The notes beneath the pieces are model-generated. The model made no database searches and was not told the DNA's origin. It saw nothing but the letters and a program-made list of their open reading frames with translations. A DNA stretch of 63,369 nucleotides, filler included, from Theionarchaea archaeon (GTDB taxonomy: Archaea; Methanobacteriota_B; Thermococci; Methanofastidiosales; SZ-28-30): NCBI GenBank assembly GCA_018992565.1. It is 4 parts of 4 records of this genome, joined end to end, with 100 filler letters (N's around TTAATTAATTAA, not from the genome) between each part and the next. Parts side by side here need not be neighbours in the genome. Positions count along the whole stretch, not along the records: positions 25,851 to 51,425 come from JACVGW010000032.1; 3 more parts are not named here. One strand, written 5' to 3'. How positions within the stretch are numbered: position 1 is the first letter of the stretch; the number at the start of each line of letters is the position of its first letter. The position numbers were made by a program, and so were the translations under genes. Below are positions 39,120 to 49,495 of this stretch, in pieces.

Positions 39120-40277
39120 CTAACGAATATGAACTTCAACAATGTCTCCGTCCTGCAGGACGTGGTCTGATCCTACCTTTTGGCCCTCATACTTTGCTGA
39201 TGGGCCCCAAATACGCGCATACTTGAACTTTCTCTGAAATTGCTTGTGAATTCTGCCTGCTGCTTCATGTACGGTGGATTGAGGTTTCATGGTAATTGGC
39301 GGGTATGCTACCTCTTCCCCTGGTGTCTTGGTATATACCCTGATAATCTGCAGCTTTCGAAAAATCGCTTCTTTCACAGGTTCCAGGTTTATTCCTTTTT
39401 CTGCTGAAATGGGCACAATTTCATAAGAACTGAACTGCTCTCTGAGCCGGGCATACTGCTCTTTACTGTTTTTTACGTCTCCTTTGGTGGCCAGGACGAG
39501 TGCAGGTCGGAAGGCAGTGGATTCATCAAGTGCTTCCTGGAACTGATCTACTGTGGTGTCTCCCCTGAACACAACAATGGCGTTATGCACCTTTTCTCTG
39601 AGTAACAGTTCCTTTACGACCTGTTCATCTCCAAAGAAGAACTGTCTTCCTCGAATCTCAATTCCTCCTTCAGCCTTTTTTACAATCTCAATATCAGGAG
39701 GATTCTCGTTTAATCGGACACCCCCCTTTTCCAGTTCATCCAGGATAATCTTCATCTGCTCTACTGAATCCCGGGAAAGATCAATCACAATTGCCACAGC
39801 ATCAGCTGCTCTGATTGCACTCAGAATCTGAAGGCCAAACCCCTTCCCCACTGATACGTCCTGGATGAGTGCCGGAATCTCCACAAGTTGTATCTGCACG
39901 TCTTTGTACTCCAGCATTCCGGGAGTGGGAATCGTGGTAGTAAAGGGGTAGTCTCCTACTTGAGCATCTGCATTTGTCAATTGAGTCAAAACTGAAGACT
40001 TTCCTGAATTTGGGATTCCCACCAGTGCAACCTGTGCTGCCCCTTCTTTCTTCACGTTAAAGACCGGTCCATGCCCTGCCTTTCTGGATTTGGCTTCCAT
40101 TTCCTCTTTCGTCCTTGAAATCCTCCTCTTGATCTGCATCTGCATTTTCTCTGTTCCTTTGTGTTTGGGAATCAAGGTCAGCATTTTCTCCAGCGCCCTC
40201 AATCGATCCTTAGGGTTCTTGGCCTGTCTGGATTCTTCCTCAGCCGCGAGGTACTCGGGAGTCACATTGGTGGGCAT
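39120..40277 (-). CDS. DRG/Rbg-family OBG GTPase with TGS domain
   Basis: PKHKGTE, GIPNSGKS, YPFTT, IIRVYTK, WGPSAKYEGQKVG. Confidence 0.93.
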   Translation of the reverse strand: MPTNVTPEYLAAEEESRQAKNPKDRLRALEKMLTLIPKHKGTEKMQMQIKRRISRTKEEMEAKSRKAGHGPVFNVKKEGAAQVALVGIPNSGKSSVLTQLTNADAQVGDYPFTTTIPTPGMLEYKDVQIQLVEIPALIQDVSVGKGFGLQILSAIRAADAVAIVIDLSRDSVEQMKIILDELEKGGVRLNENPPDIEIVKKAEGGIEIRGRQFFFGDEQVVKELLLREKVHNAIVVFRGDTTVDQFQEALDESTAFRPALVLATKGDVKNSKEQYARLREQFSSYEIVPISAEKGINLEPVKEAIFRKLQIIRVYTKTPGEEVAYPPITMKPQSTVHEAAGRIHKQFQRKFKYARIWGPSAKYEGQKVGSDHVLQDGDIVEVHIR

Positions 40278-40396
40278 ACATCTCTTACTATAAGGGAATT
40301 TATAAGTTTTTCATCTGGTTATAAATTTTTCATCTGATGCACAAGGAGGAATCACTGCACATGTACACTTTTAAGTTCTCCATCCTTGAGTAGATC

Positions 40397-40834
40397 ATGA
40401 ATCAAAAAGAAGCGCTCCTGATTGAAATGAAGGTGTCTATTCAAAACCTCTTGAAGGCAGCTCAATCTATAGAAAAATTTGAATCCACTGTTGTGACAGG
40501 CACCTGGACTGCACGAGAAATCTTGTCTCATGTAGCTGCATGGGATCTCTTCTTTGCAGACATGAGCAAGAGAATGGTGAAAGGGGAACCTTTGCCAGAG
40601 TGGCCTGATTTTGATGAATTCAACAAGGAAGCAGTGTTAGAAAGGAAGAACAAGACCAAAGATCAACTCATTGAAGAAGTGAGAAAAGCTCGTGACATCT
40701 ACGTGCGATTCATAGAGGAACAGCCTGGAGAATTGATTTTCAATTCAAGAGGCTACGAATTTACCGTGGGGAGCCTGGCCAAAGATATCATCGGACACGA
40801 TAACCATCACCTGAAGCAGTTGACCGCACAGTGA
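40397..40834 (+). CDS. DinB/ClbS/DfsB four-helix bundle protein
   Basis: WTAREILSHVAAWD, DEFN, HDNHH. Confidence 0.8.
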   Translation: MNQKEALLIEMKVSIQNLLKAAQSIEKFESTVVTGTWTAREILSHVAAWDLFFADMSKRMVKGEPLPEWPDFDEFNKEAVLERKNKTKDQLIEEVRKARDIYVRFIEEQPGELIFNSRGYEFTVGSLAKDIIGHDNHHLKQLTAQ

Positions 40835-41446
40835 CTATCGGGTCACTGAGGCACATTCTTTGAGTGCAACAGTGAGGGCGTCCACCATGAGGTCGAGGCT
40901 CATGGAAGCTTTTCCTGGTTTGTCTACTGCCTGCTGAGGGAGATACGGAACGTGAATGAATCCTGCCTGTATTGGCAGGGCATGGGTTCTTATGTGATGC
41001 AGGGTTCCATACAACACGTGATTGCATAGATATGTTCCTGCAGAATTGGAAATCACAGCAGGAATTCCTGCCTTCTTCATTGCATCGAAAATTCGCACCA
41101 CGGGAATGGTAGCAAAGTACCCGTCCTGTCCTTCACGCTCAATCACCCGATTCTCTCGTATAGCCCCTTTGTTGTCTTTCACTTTCGCGTCATCACAATT
41201 GATGGCAATCCTTTCCACTGCCACATGAGTGTATCCACCTGCTTCTCCTAAATGCAGAATGACGTCTGGGTCCACTTCCTCACAATAGGCAATGGCTTTT
41301 TCCCGTGCTTCATCAAACGCTACTGGGAGCTGTTTTACCACAATATCTATATCCAGCTTCAGGTCCTGTAATGCTTTGCATGTTTCCCATGAGGGATTGA
41401 TTGTCTCTCCCCTGAAGGGTTCAAATCCGGTCAACAAGACTCTCAT
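40835..41446 (-). CDS. pcp: Pyroglutamyl-peptidase I
   Basis: LLTGFEPF, NPSW, ERIAIN, SAGTYLCN, GFIHVP. Confidence 0.97.
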   Translation of the reverse strand: MRVLLTGFEPFRGETINPSWETCKALQDLKLDIDIVVKQLPVAFDEAREKAIAYCEEVDPDVILHLGEAGGYTHVAVERIAINCDDAKVKDNKGAIRENRVIEREGQDGYFATIPVVRIFDAMKKAGIPAVISNSAGTYLCNHVLYGTLHHIRTHALPIQAGFIHVPYLPQQAVDKPGKASMSLDLMVDALTVALKECASVTR

Positions 41447-41452
41447 TATGAA

Positions 41453-42034
41453 TCACCGTGGACTTGGCCAGAATTTTCCCCTGTACCACGGGGTTATGGG
41501 ACAACCCAGGCACCTGTTGGAGTTGTAGTAGGCACACTCTTTGCAGTTAACTTCCAGTTCGCAGCTCTGGTCTTCTATTTCCAGTTTCACGGGGAAGACG
41601 AAGTCTTTGATGGGTGCCACCACCACATCAAAATTCACCTCTGAAACCAGCGGATTGCTGCGCAAATGGCGGTCGATAATTGCTTCCAGTGTGGCAACAT
41701 CTTCGCCCATGAAAAACATGCATAAGTTGTGCTGACCGGACGTGATGAGGCCGTTCAGAAAGAAGGGACATTCACCGAAAATTTCAAGAAGGTGAGGTGT
41801 ATTCTCGGCAGTGACATCAACCTTCGCCAGGTTGAGTCCTACTGTCTTGAAGTTCATTCCCACCAGGTAGTGAACAGCGCCTTTCTCGCCAAGCTTTCTG
41901 ATTCTCACTCCGACTGATGGCTGCGATAGGTTGACCTCCCTGGCAATATCGCTCTGGGACATCTGTGGATTATCCTCCAGAAGGGATATGATCTTCCTAT
42001 CCTTTTCATCGAGGCCGAGCTTTTCTTTCAACAT
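41453..42034 (-). CDS. Lrp/AsnC regulator with Cys-rich C-terminal extension
   Basis: LDEKDRKIISLL...SQPSVGVRIRKL HTH; tail SCELEVNCKECAYYNSNRCLGCP. Confidence 0.88.
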   Translation of the reverse strand: MLKEKLGLDEKDRKIISLLEDNPQMSQSDIAREVNLSQPSVGVRIRKLGEKGAVHYLVGMNFKTVGLNLAKVDVTAENTPHLLEIFGECPFFLNGLITSGQHNLCMFFMGEDVATLEAIIDRHLRSNPLVSEVNFDVVVAPIKDFVFPVKLEIEDQSCELEVNCKECAYYNSNRCLGCPITPWYRGKFWPSPR

Positions 42035-42184
42035 GATTTTCTGAACTATGTGCACTTTATAAGTTTATCCTCTAGGTTATTACCATTTACCCGCAGATCT
42101 AAATAGTGTGAAAATGCCTCCTCAGTCCATGAGTTGACCTATCACCCTGCAAAACTCTTTTAACGGAGAATACCTTCTTTCTGC

Positions 42185-43051
42185 ATGAAGCTTATTGGCC
42201 CTAAGACACCCCTCTGTTTAAATCTGGCGAGCAGTCTCCACTGCGATTTCGTGGAAATGGAAAGAAGAGTATTCCCAGATGGGGAACTCAATCCCCGGAT
42301 CATGGAAGCTCCCAGAGAAGCATTACTGGTAAATACTCTCTCTTCTGACGGGTTCGATCCCAACAGGTATCTGCTGGAATACATATTTGCCATAAGAAAC
42401 CTTGTTGAGAGAGGGACAAAATCCATTGTGGTGCTCATGCCCTACCTGCCCTATTCCCGCCAAGACGCAGTGTTCAGGGAAGGAGAATCCTTCACCTCCA
42501 AGTATGTTCTGGAATTGTTCAGGGATCTGGGGATCAAAACCCTCTTTTCAGTGACATTCCACCTGCATCGCCAGCAGACAGGAAATTTCGTCCCGGGAAT
42601 CACTCTCCACGATGTCTCCGGCATTGATGCGCTGCGTGACTACCTTCTGAAGAGCACCATTCCAGAAGAACAGCCAGTATTCGTGGCTCCTGATGAGGAA
42701 GCTGGAAAATGGGCCCAGAAAGTCGCAGCTTCCATGAATGGGGAGGTATTTGTATTCAGAAAACAAAGAAGTCACTCTACTGGAGCAACAGAGACCTGTG
42801 GGGAGATACCTGAAGGCCGTAATGTGGTCATTATTGATGATATGATCTCAACGGGGGGGACTATTAGAAACGCTGTGGAAATCTGCAGGACTTTCAGATC
42901 CAAGAAGATTACGGTGTGTGCTGTCCACGGCATTTTCTCCCAACCTCCACCCCGGGACATTGACATTGTGACCACCAATACTATTGACAACCCCAGTGCA
43001 AGAGTGGACATAGCCCCCTATCTGGCGAAAGCCCTATCGCAATACCTTTAA
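42185..43051 (+). CDS. prs: Ribose-phosphate pyrophosphokinase
   Basis: FPDGE, PYLPYSRQD, VAPDEEA, IIDDMISTGGT, AVHG. Confidence 0.9.
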   Translation: MKLIGPKTPLCLNLASSLHCDFVEMERRVFPDGELNPRIMEAPREALLVNTLSSDGFDPNRYLLEYIFAIRNLVERGTKSIVVLMPYLPYSRQDAVFREGESFTSKYVLELFRDLGIKTLFSVTFHLHRQQTGNFVPGITLHDVSGIDALRDYLLKSTIPEEQPVFVAPDEEAGKWAQKVAASMNGEVFVFRKQRSHSTGATETCGEIPEGRNVVIIDDMISTGGTIRNAVEICRTFRSKKITVCAVHGIFSQPPPRDIDIVTTNTIDNPSARVDIAPYLAKALSQYL

Positions 43052-43073
43052 AGCGCAATATCTGTGTTCCATC

Positions 43074-43459
43074 ATGAATGTGGTGTATCATCCCAGGTTT
43101 TTAGAAAATTACCCCACCGCCTCCTGCGAATGCCCGGAAAGGATTGCGGCAATTCTTGAAGAACTGAGAGGATATCCCCTGGTGGCGCCAGATGCAGTCT
43201 CTGACCCCCAGCTCAGCCTGGTCCATGGAGAAGGCCACATCAGTACTATAAAGAGAGAATATCCTGCCGCCTACGACGTTGCCGTGCTTGCAGCAGGAGG
43301 TGCCGTGAAGACAGCCCACCTTTCACTGGAAGAACCTGCATTTGGACTGATTCGCCCACCAGGACACCATGCCAGCAGAGATTCTGCATGGGGGTTCTGT
43401 TTCTTCAACAACATAGCACTGTCTCTGACGATGCTGAAAAGAGAGAACCTGATACGTGA
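43074..43459 (+). CDS. Histone deacetylase-family protein (3' in gap)
   Basis: ECPERI, RPPGHHA, GFCFFNNIA. Confidence 0.92.
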
Positions 43460-43559
43460 NNNNNNNNNNNNNNNNNNNNNNNNNNNNNNNNNNNNNNNNN
43501 NNNNNNNNNNNNNNNNNNNNNNNNNNNNNNNNNNNNNNNNNNNNNNNNNNNNNNNNNNN

Positions 43560-44599
43560 TCCGTCACTGCTCCCATCAGAACGGGAGCTACTGAAGCCAT
43601 GATATAACCCACAGAGAAGAAGAGCCCCAGCCCTGTACCATGAATCTCCTCTGGTGTCCTGTCAGTGAACAGCCCGAAAAGCGTGGGCCATACACTGTTG
43701 AACAGCAGCCCTGCCAGACAGACAAAGCCGATCATTGCATAGTATTGAGGCAAAGAAAGCAGTATATACATCAATATTCCCGAAAGAATTGACATTACAG
43801 AGATGATTCTGGGTTTTTCATAAATATCTGAAATATGACCTCCAATGATCTGTCCAATAATGCCAAACCCATTGAACAGCGAGAGGAACAGCCCGAATGT
43901 TGCTGAGGTATATGCCAGATCGGACAACTTCAAAGGCAGAAAGATGGTCAGTCCGCGTGAAGCCATAGAGACGAAGCCCAGACTGAGTATTACAAGAAAG
44001 ATCTTCCGAATAAACAGGCTGCGCACAGCAATATTCCGCCTTTCGCTTGGTTCTTCCTTCACAAGAACCATGAATAGAACACAAATGATAATCCCTGCCA
44101 CCGGGAAGACTCTGAATACAAAACGCCATCCATACAGATGAGCCAGTACTCCTGCAATCACAGGAGATATGGTCATGCCCAGGTTTCCTCCAGCCCCATG
44201 AATTCCCAGAGCTTTCCCTTTTTTCTGTTTGAATGCATTGGAAATAAGTGAAACGCTGACAGGATGGTACACACTGGCCCCCAGACCGGCCAGTAAATTC
44301 CACAGCACAAGCTGGGTATATGACTGAGAAACACCCATCAAGTAGAAACTCACTGAAAGGCACAACAACCCTCCCACAATGAGCATTTTTCGCTTCCCTG
44401 TATAGTCGGAGAGGTATCCTGTGAAGAACTGACCTGCTCCCAGAGAGATAACCATGCAGCCACCCAGCACACCCACCTGCAGGTAGGACAAAGACAGCTC
44501 TGTCGCTATGAGAGGAAGCAACGTGGGCAGAACCAATTCGAACCCATCATTGATCATGTGGGCAAGAAAGGTCAATCCCTGCATGCGGGTACGTGACAT
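43560..44599 (-). CDS. MFS transporter (3' in gap)
   Basis: GYLSDYTGKR, GLGASVYHP, GKALGIHGAGGNLG. Confidence 0.9.
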
Positions 44600-44701
44600 G
44601 AAATGATAAGTCTTGACTGGACTTTTAAACCTATTGCTACACCAGGTAGAGGGTATCTCAGTGAGTTCACGAGACCTGTCTATCATCTCACAGCGAATGT
44701 G

Positions 44702-45013
44702 CTACATCCTGGAGCCCACAATAATCAATATTCCCACAACAATAAGAAACAATGCAGCAGCAATATACACTGGAACTGCTATATATGCCCTCAAGAGCCA
44801 GAGACCGCCAATCACTGCCAGCACGATTCCCCATGCCCGATCATAGAATGATGCACCAGTAATCATCACCCATCCTCCCATCCCCAGCAACACCACGGGT
44901 ACCACCATTATTACTGGCACATTGGCGATCCATACGACGAGCAGACCTGCAGCAAGGATGATGAGAAACACTCCCCAGAAAATCTTCTCCAAGAACGCGT
45001 GATGTAAATCCAT
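44702..45013 (-). CDS. Small four-TM membrane protein
   Basis: 103-aa hydrophobic ORF with TATA-like TATATTTATAA upstream. Confidence 0.7.
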   Translation of the reverse strand: MDLHHAFLEKIFWGVFLIILAAGLLVVWIANVPVIMVVPVVLLGMGGWVMITGASFYDRAWGIVLAVIGGLWLLRAYIAVPVYIAAALFLIVVGILIIVGSRM

Positions 45014-45116
45014 ATACTTCCAATTCCAGTAACATTTATAAATATACCTTCATCTCTTCATCTCCGCTAGCCTGCTTCATACCAGCCATCCCGGCTGCTC
45101 ATCGACTCTGCAACCA

Positions 45117-45155
45117 AAACCTTTATATATTCTAGAAATTTCAGAAATTTTAGAA
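45117..45155 (+). promoter_or_regulatory. BRE/TATA promoter followed by candidate operator
   Basis: AAACCTTTATATA then TTCTAGAAATTTCAGAAATTTTAGAA (imperfect palindrome, 9-nt periodic AGAAATTT) before the GGAGG SD. Confidence 0.55.
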
Positions 45156-45172
45156 AAATATGGAGGATATTT

Positions 45173-45661
45173 ATGAATGACAAAATACGAGGTGAACTGG
45201 TGCTGGACTTGGTTGTCATGGCTCGCTACTGGGGACTGTCTGAAGGGAGCTCTGCCATATATGCGGTACTGGCTCTGTCAGGGAAGTCATTGAACATGAA
45301 TGAACTGCAGAAGCTCACAGGATACAGTCTGTCCTCAGTGTCTACTCATCTTAGGTCATTGACCGAAAAATACCTGGTGACCAAGAGAAAGAAAGAAGGA
45401 GTGTACGTTTACACGGCAGAAATGGATTTCGAGCAGATATTCAGACTGCTTTCCAAAGAGCTGCTGGACCGGAATATTCTGCCCCTGTACAGGAAAGTCA
45501 CAGAACTCAGAGAATCCCAGGAAGAAACCCTGAACCAGCATTTATCTCGTCTCGAAGAGGAGATGTCAAAGCTAATTGACTACCTGACAAAAATCATAGC
45601 TATGAGAGGTGAAGCTCATGGTATTAAGGAAAACCAAATCCTTGTGCCCGGTGTGTCTTAA
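45173..45661 (+). CDS. GbsR/MarR-family transcriptional regulator
   Basis: YWGLSEGSSAIYAVLALSGKSLNMNELQKLTGYSLSSVSTHLRSL...YVYTAE. Confidence 0.85.
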   Translation: MNDKIRGELVLDLVVMARYWGLSEGSSAIYAVLALSGKSLNMNELQKLTGYSLSSVSTHLRSLTEKYLVTKRKKEGVYVYTAEMDFEQIFRLLSKELLDRNILPLYRKVTELRESQEETLNQHLSRLEEEMSKLIDYLTKIIAMRGEAHGIKENQILVPGVS

Positions 45662-47105
45662 GGTCATAGAAGCAGATATCGTGGAAGAGGACGGGAAGGT
45701 GATGATGGAAAAGACCTGCCCTGAACATGGGTTTTTCAAGGATGTGTACTGGGGAGATGCAGAGCTGTACAAGAGAGCCCAGACATTTATCCACGAAGGA
45801 AAAGGAGTATCCAATCCTATTACCACCAGGGAGAAGGGATGCCCCTTCGACTGCGGCATCTGCAACGAGCACAAGACCACCACCATACTGGCCAATGTTG
45901 ACCTAACCAACAGGTGCAATATGCGCTGTCCCATTTGTTTTGCAGATACTACCTCTGAATACTTGTACGAACCCTCATTTGAGGAGATTGTAGACATGCT
46001 GAAGGTCCTGCGCAGCGAAACCCCAGTTCCATGCAAGGCAGTTCAATTCAGCGGAGGGGAGCCCACAGTACGATCGGATCTTCCGGATATTATTAGAAAG
46101 GCAAAAGAACTTGGATTTGTGCAGATACAGATTGCCACCAACGGATTAAAGCTCGCAGAGTCCCTGGATTTCTGCAAGGAACTGCGAGATGCAGGACTGA
46201 ACACAATATACCTGCAGTTTGACGGAGTCACTCCAGATGTGTACGAAAAGACAAGAGGATTCAATGCCTGGCCTGTAAAAGAGAAGGCCATCGAGAACTG
46301 TGAAAAAGCAGGAGCCACAAGCATCTGTCTGGTTCCCACGCTGGTCAAGGGGATAAACGACCATCAGGTGGGGGACATTATACGGTATGCATTTGATCAC
46401 CGTAACGTGGTGAGGGCAGTGAATTTCCAGCCTGTGTCCTTTGCTGGTCGCCTGACCTATGAAGACCTCATGGATATGCGGATTACTATTCCAGATTTCA
46501 CTCATCTGGTGGAAGAACAGACTGGGGGGCAAGTAACAGCCCAGGACTTTTATACAGTCCCTACGGTGGTACCCATATCTCATCTGGTAGAAGCACTGAC
46601 GGGTAAGCCGCAGGTAGAGTTTACGTGTCACTTCGCCTGTGGTACTGCCACGTATGTATTCAGGGATGGAGATAACCTGGTGCCCATTACACAGTTCATT
46701 GATGTGGAAGAGCTGACTGGCTATCTGGAAGAGCTATCCAAGGAGAAGGTTGGCACAGTCAAGAAGCCACTGGTGGCAGCCAAAGTGCTGAACAAGCTGA
46801 GGAAAGTCATCGACAAGGACAAGAAGCCCGGGTACCTGAACATCGAGAAGATGCTGCTGGATATCTTTCTGGGTCGTTCATATCTGGATGAATTCAGTTA
46901 TGAAGCTGTCCTCATTGGATGTATGCACTTCCAGGATGCTTACAACTTTGACCTGGAACGGGTGCAGCGATGTGCCATACACTATGCACTTCCTGATGGA
47001 AGGGTTATACCGTTTTGTCCCTTCAACACTGTGCACAGGAAGGAGTTTGAACGAGAGTATGCACGGCAGAAGGGTACCTTGAAGAAACAGATTACAGCGC
47101 AATGA
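45618..47105 (+). CDS. tes: Tetraether lipid synthase (GDGT/macrocyclic archaeol synthase, MJ0619-family radical SAM)
   Basis: SLCPVC...KTCPEHG, GCPFDCGICNEHKT, DLTNRCNMRCPICFA, QFSGGEPT, YLQFDG, CHFACG, MHFQDAYNFDLERVQRCAIHY...IPFC. Confidence 0.88.
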   Translation: MVLRKTKSLCPVCLKVIEADIVEEDGKVMMEKTCPEHGFFKDVYWGDAELYKRAQTFIHEGKGVSNPITTREKGCPFDCGICNEHKTTTILANVDLTNRCNMRCPICFADTTSEYLYEPSFEEIVDMLKVLRSETPVPCKAVQFSGGEPTVRSDLPDIIRKAKELGFVQIQIATNGLKLAESLDFCKELRDAGLNTIYLQFDGVTPDVYEKTRGFNAWPVKEKAIENCEKAGATSICLVPTLVKGINDHQVGDIIRYAFDHRNVVRAVNFQPVSFAGRLTYEDLMDMRITIPDFTHLVEEQTGGQVTAQDFYTVPTVVPISHLVEALTGKPQVEFTCHFACGTATYVFRDGDNLVPITQFIDVEELTGYLEELSKEKVGTVKKPLVAAKVLNKLRKVIDKDKKPGYLNIEKMLLDIFLGRSYLDEFSYEAVLIGCMHFQDAYNFDLERVQRCAIHYALPDGRVIPFCPFNTVHRKEFEREYARQKGTLKKQITAQ

Positions 47106-47252
47106 CTCTTATTTCCTTTTTCATCTCTTTTTTTGTTTTGGCTCTTCTTCAACCAATACTAAATTGACGAGGTGATTACTACCCCTGTGGACAGTGAGAG
47201 ACAATCGAACTGAGCTGACCACAGGTTGTGGGCTCAGTCCTCGTTCACCAGC

Positions 47253-47732
47253 CTATTGCATCAGGATTTCTCCAATTCCCCAGTAGTAACCAATGATGAA
47301 GACACCAATTGCTGCTGTCAGGAGGATTACGGTCAGAATCTTGATTCCTATTTCACTGGGAGGAATATTCCCCAATGCTCGATGAAACTTCGCCAGCTGT
47401 TTTGCACCGCCCTGGAAAAAGACGTAGTGGAACAGCCTGTACCAGAAGAAGAATAGAACAACCCAGGCAAGAATCTGGTATATGCTGAAAGTGTGGAGAA
47501 ACATGTAGAAAGGGTTCTTATATCCGCCTGCAAATTGAAGCAGCATAAGGAAAAGGAATGGAACTGTCATATACAAGAAATATCCTTTCAGAAATGTATT
47601 GGCTTCCTCTGTCCATTCTGGATGCTCCCTCAATGTTCCTCTGAGACGATATTTGCCATATAGGGCATTGAGCGCACCCACGAGGACAAACAGGACCCAC
47701 ATATATTCATAAATGAAAATATCTTCAGCCAT
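47253..47732 (-). CDS. Hypothetical membrane protein
   Basis: Four hydrophobic segments; GGTGAT SD before ATG 47732. Confidence 0.65.
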   Translation of the reverse strand: MAEDIFIYEYMWVLFVLVGALNALYGKYRLRGTLREHPEWTEEANTFLKGYFLYMTVPFLFLMLLQFAGGYKNPFYMFLHTFSIYQILAWVVLFFFWYRLFHYVFFQGGAKQLAKFHRALGNIPPSEIGIKILTVILLTAAIGVFIIGYYWGIGEILMQ

Positions 47733-47865
47733 GACAATCACCATCTCTTGATTTAGGTGATACTCACTACACGGCACCCCTTAAGAAAGTTGCGCATCGT
47801 AGTGCAAGAACTGCAGCTCGATTGCTGTAGATAGTATTATAATGTGAAACTGAGAGGTTGCATAC

Positions 47866-48690
47866 ATGAAAATCTACATCTCTGCAGACATTGAAGGGAT
47901 ATGTGGAGTCACTGACATTGATCATACCCGAAGAGAAGGGAAGGACTATGACACTGCCCGAATGCTCATGACAAAAGAAGTGAATGCTGCTGTACAGGGT
48001 GCCTTTCAAGGTGGAGCAACTGAGATAGTAGTCAATGATTCCCATGGGAGTATGATAAACCTGCTCATAGAAGAACTTGATCAGCGCGTTTCTATCATTT
48101 CAGGTTCTCCAAAGCCATTGTCCATGGTTCAGGGGATCCAGGGAAATGATGCTGCATTCTTCATCGGGTACCATTCCAAAGCAGGTACAGAGGATGCTGT
48201 CATGGACCATACATACCACGGTCGAGTTGTACATACTATCAGGGTAAACGGGATGGAATTGGGTGAACTGGGAATTAATGCAGCTTTAGCTGGTCATTTT
48301 GGCGTTCCAGTAGCGCTGGTGGCTGGAGATAAGAAAACAACGGAGGAAGCCACAGCTCTGCTTAACGACGTAGAAATTGTGACAACCAAAGAAGGGATAG
48401 GACGATTTGCTGCCCGGAATATTCATCCTGCTGTAGCACGCGAAGAGATTAGAAAGAAAGCACAAGAAGCAGTGCAGAATATTGGCAGGGTTAGACCATA
48501 CGTGGTGCCTCCCCCTCTTCATCTTGAAATGGATGTACTCTTCAGCAACATGGCTGACCGAATTGCCATGATTCCCTCTGTTGAGAGAGTCAGTGGAAGG
48601 CGTGTTGCCTATGATTGCAAGGACTTCGTTACGCTTTACACCATGATGAGGGCCATGACTCTCATTGCTTCTACTGCAATACTAAAATGA
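47866..48690 (+). CDS. dppA: D-aminopeptidase, M55 family
   Basis: MKIYISADIEG, VNDSHG, IGYHSKAG, DHTY. Confidence 0.95.
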   Translation: MKIYISADIEGICGVTDIDHTRREGKDYDTARMLMTKEVNAAVQGAFQGGATEIVVNDSHGSMINLLIEELDQRVSIISGSPKPLSMVQGIQGNDAAFFIGYHSKAGTEDAVMDHTYHGRVVHTIRVNGMELGELGINAALAGHFGVPVALVAGDKKTTEEATALLNDVEIVTTKEGIGRFAARNIHPAVAREEIRKKAQEAVQNIGRVRPYVVPPPLHLEMDVLFSNMADRIAMIPSVERVSGRRVAYDCKDFVTLYTMMRAMTLIASTAILK

Positions 48691-48748
48691 AAGCTCTGCC
48701 AAAACATACCTCCGCAGTATTACCTTCCAGGTTTCATTAATGTGAAAA

Positions 48749-49408
48749 TCAGAAGAGTGCACTGAAGAAGTGAGATAATTTAGTCCTATCCAGGTAACCC
48801 TTCGTTCTCACCCCTGTGCATACATCAACCCCAAATGGACCTACCGTACTGACTGCTTCTTTCACATTCTGTGGATTCAATCCACCAGCCAGGAAGACGG
48901 GGATACCCACAAGTTCTCTAATCTCCCTGCTGATACTCCAGTCATGGGGTCTTCCTGTGCCTCCCAGTTCTTTCACCGGCAAGAATTGATTTCCCGAGTC
49001 CAGTAACAAGGCATCCACACTGTCAGCTGCGGATTCAGCTTCCTCAATAGATTCTTTCCCTGTAATATGAATCACCTGTACCAGAGAAATGCCAGGAAGT
49101 GCCTCCCGGAGATCTTCATAGGTTCCGTGAACAAGTCGATCGCAGATCTGGATGGTATTGACCCTTGTCTTCTTCTGCTGTTCGATAATTGAACGAGTGT
49201 CCTGCCTGCTTGTAAGAAGAAAGGAAGAGACCCCTGGTGGGATGCGGGCAGCAATTTTGGCAATTAGCTCCTCCCCAATCACTCCAGGACCACTAGGCAT
49301 GTCAGACACGAGTCCCAGAGCCGATGCACCCTGCCTTATAGCTACCCATGCCTCCTCAATGCTGGCTATACAACAAATCTTGACCCTCGGTATTCTTGTG
49401 GGTTTCAT
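48749..49408 (-). CDS. trpF: Phosphoribosylanthranilate isomerase-family protein
   Basis: VKICCI, LLLDSG, LGGTGRPHDW, LAGGLNPQNV, GVDVCTGV. Confidence 0.85.
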   Translation of the reverse strand: MKPTRIPRVKICCIASIEEAWVAIRQGASALGLVSDMPSGPGVIGEELIAKIAARIPPGVSSFLLTSRQDTRSIIEQQKKTRVNTIQICDRLVHGTYEDLREALPGISLVQVIHITGKESIEEAESAADSVDALLLDSGNQFLPVKELGGTGRPHDWSISREIRELVGIPVFLAGGLNPQNVKEAVSTVGPFGVDVCTGVRTKGYLDRTKLSHFFSALF

Positions 49409-49495
49409 GATTTTTCTCTCTTTCCTGTTCTTCAAGGTTGAGGCTTTTCACCTTCTGTCAGTCTCTAGTAAGCAGTAGGTATTTTCATCACTGGA

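Noticed and set aside
43074..44686. Long antisense overlap of HDAC and MFS ORFs
   Set aside because: Both ORFs are extended through gap 43460-43559; their true 3' ends are missing.
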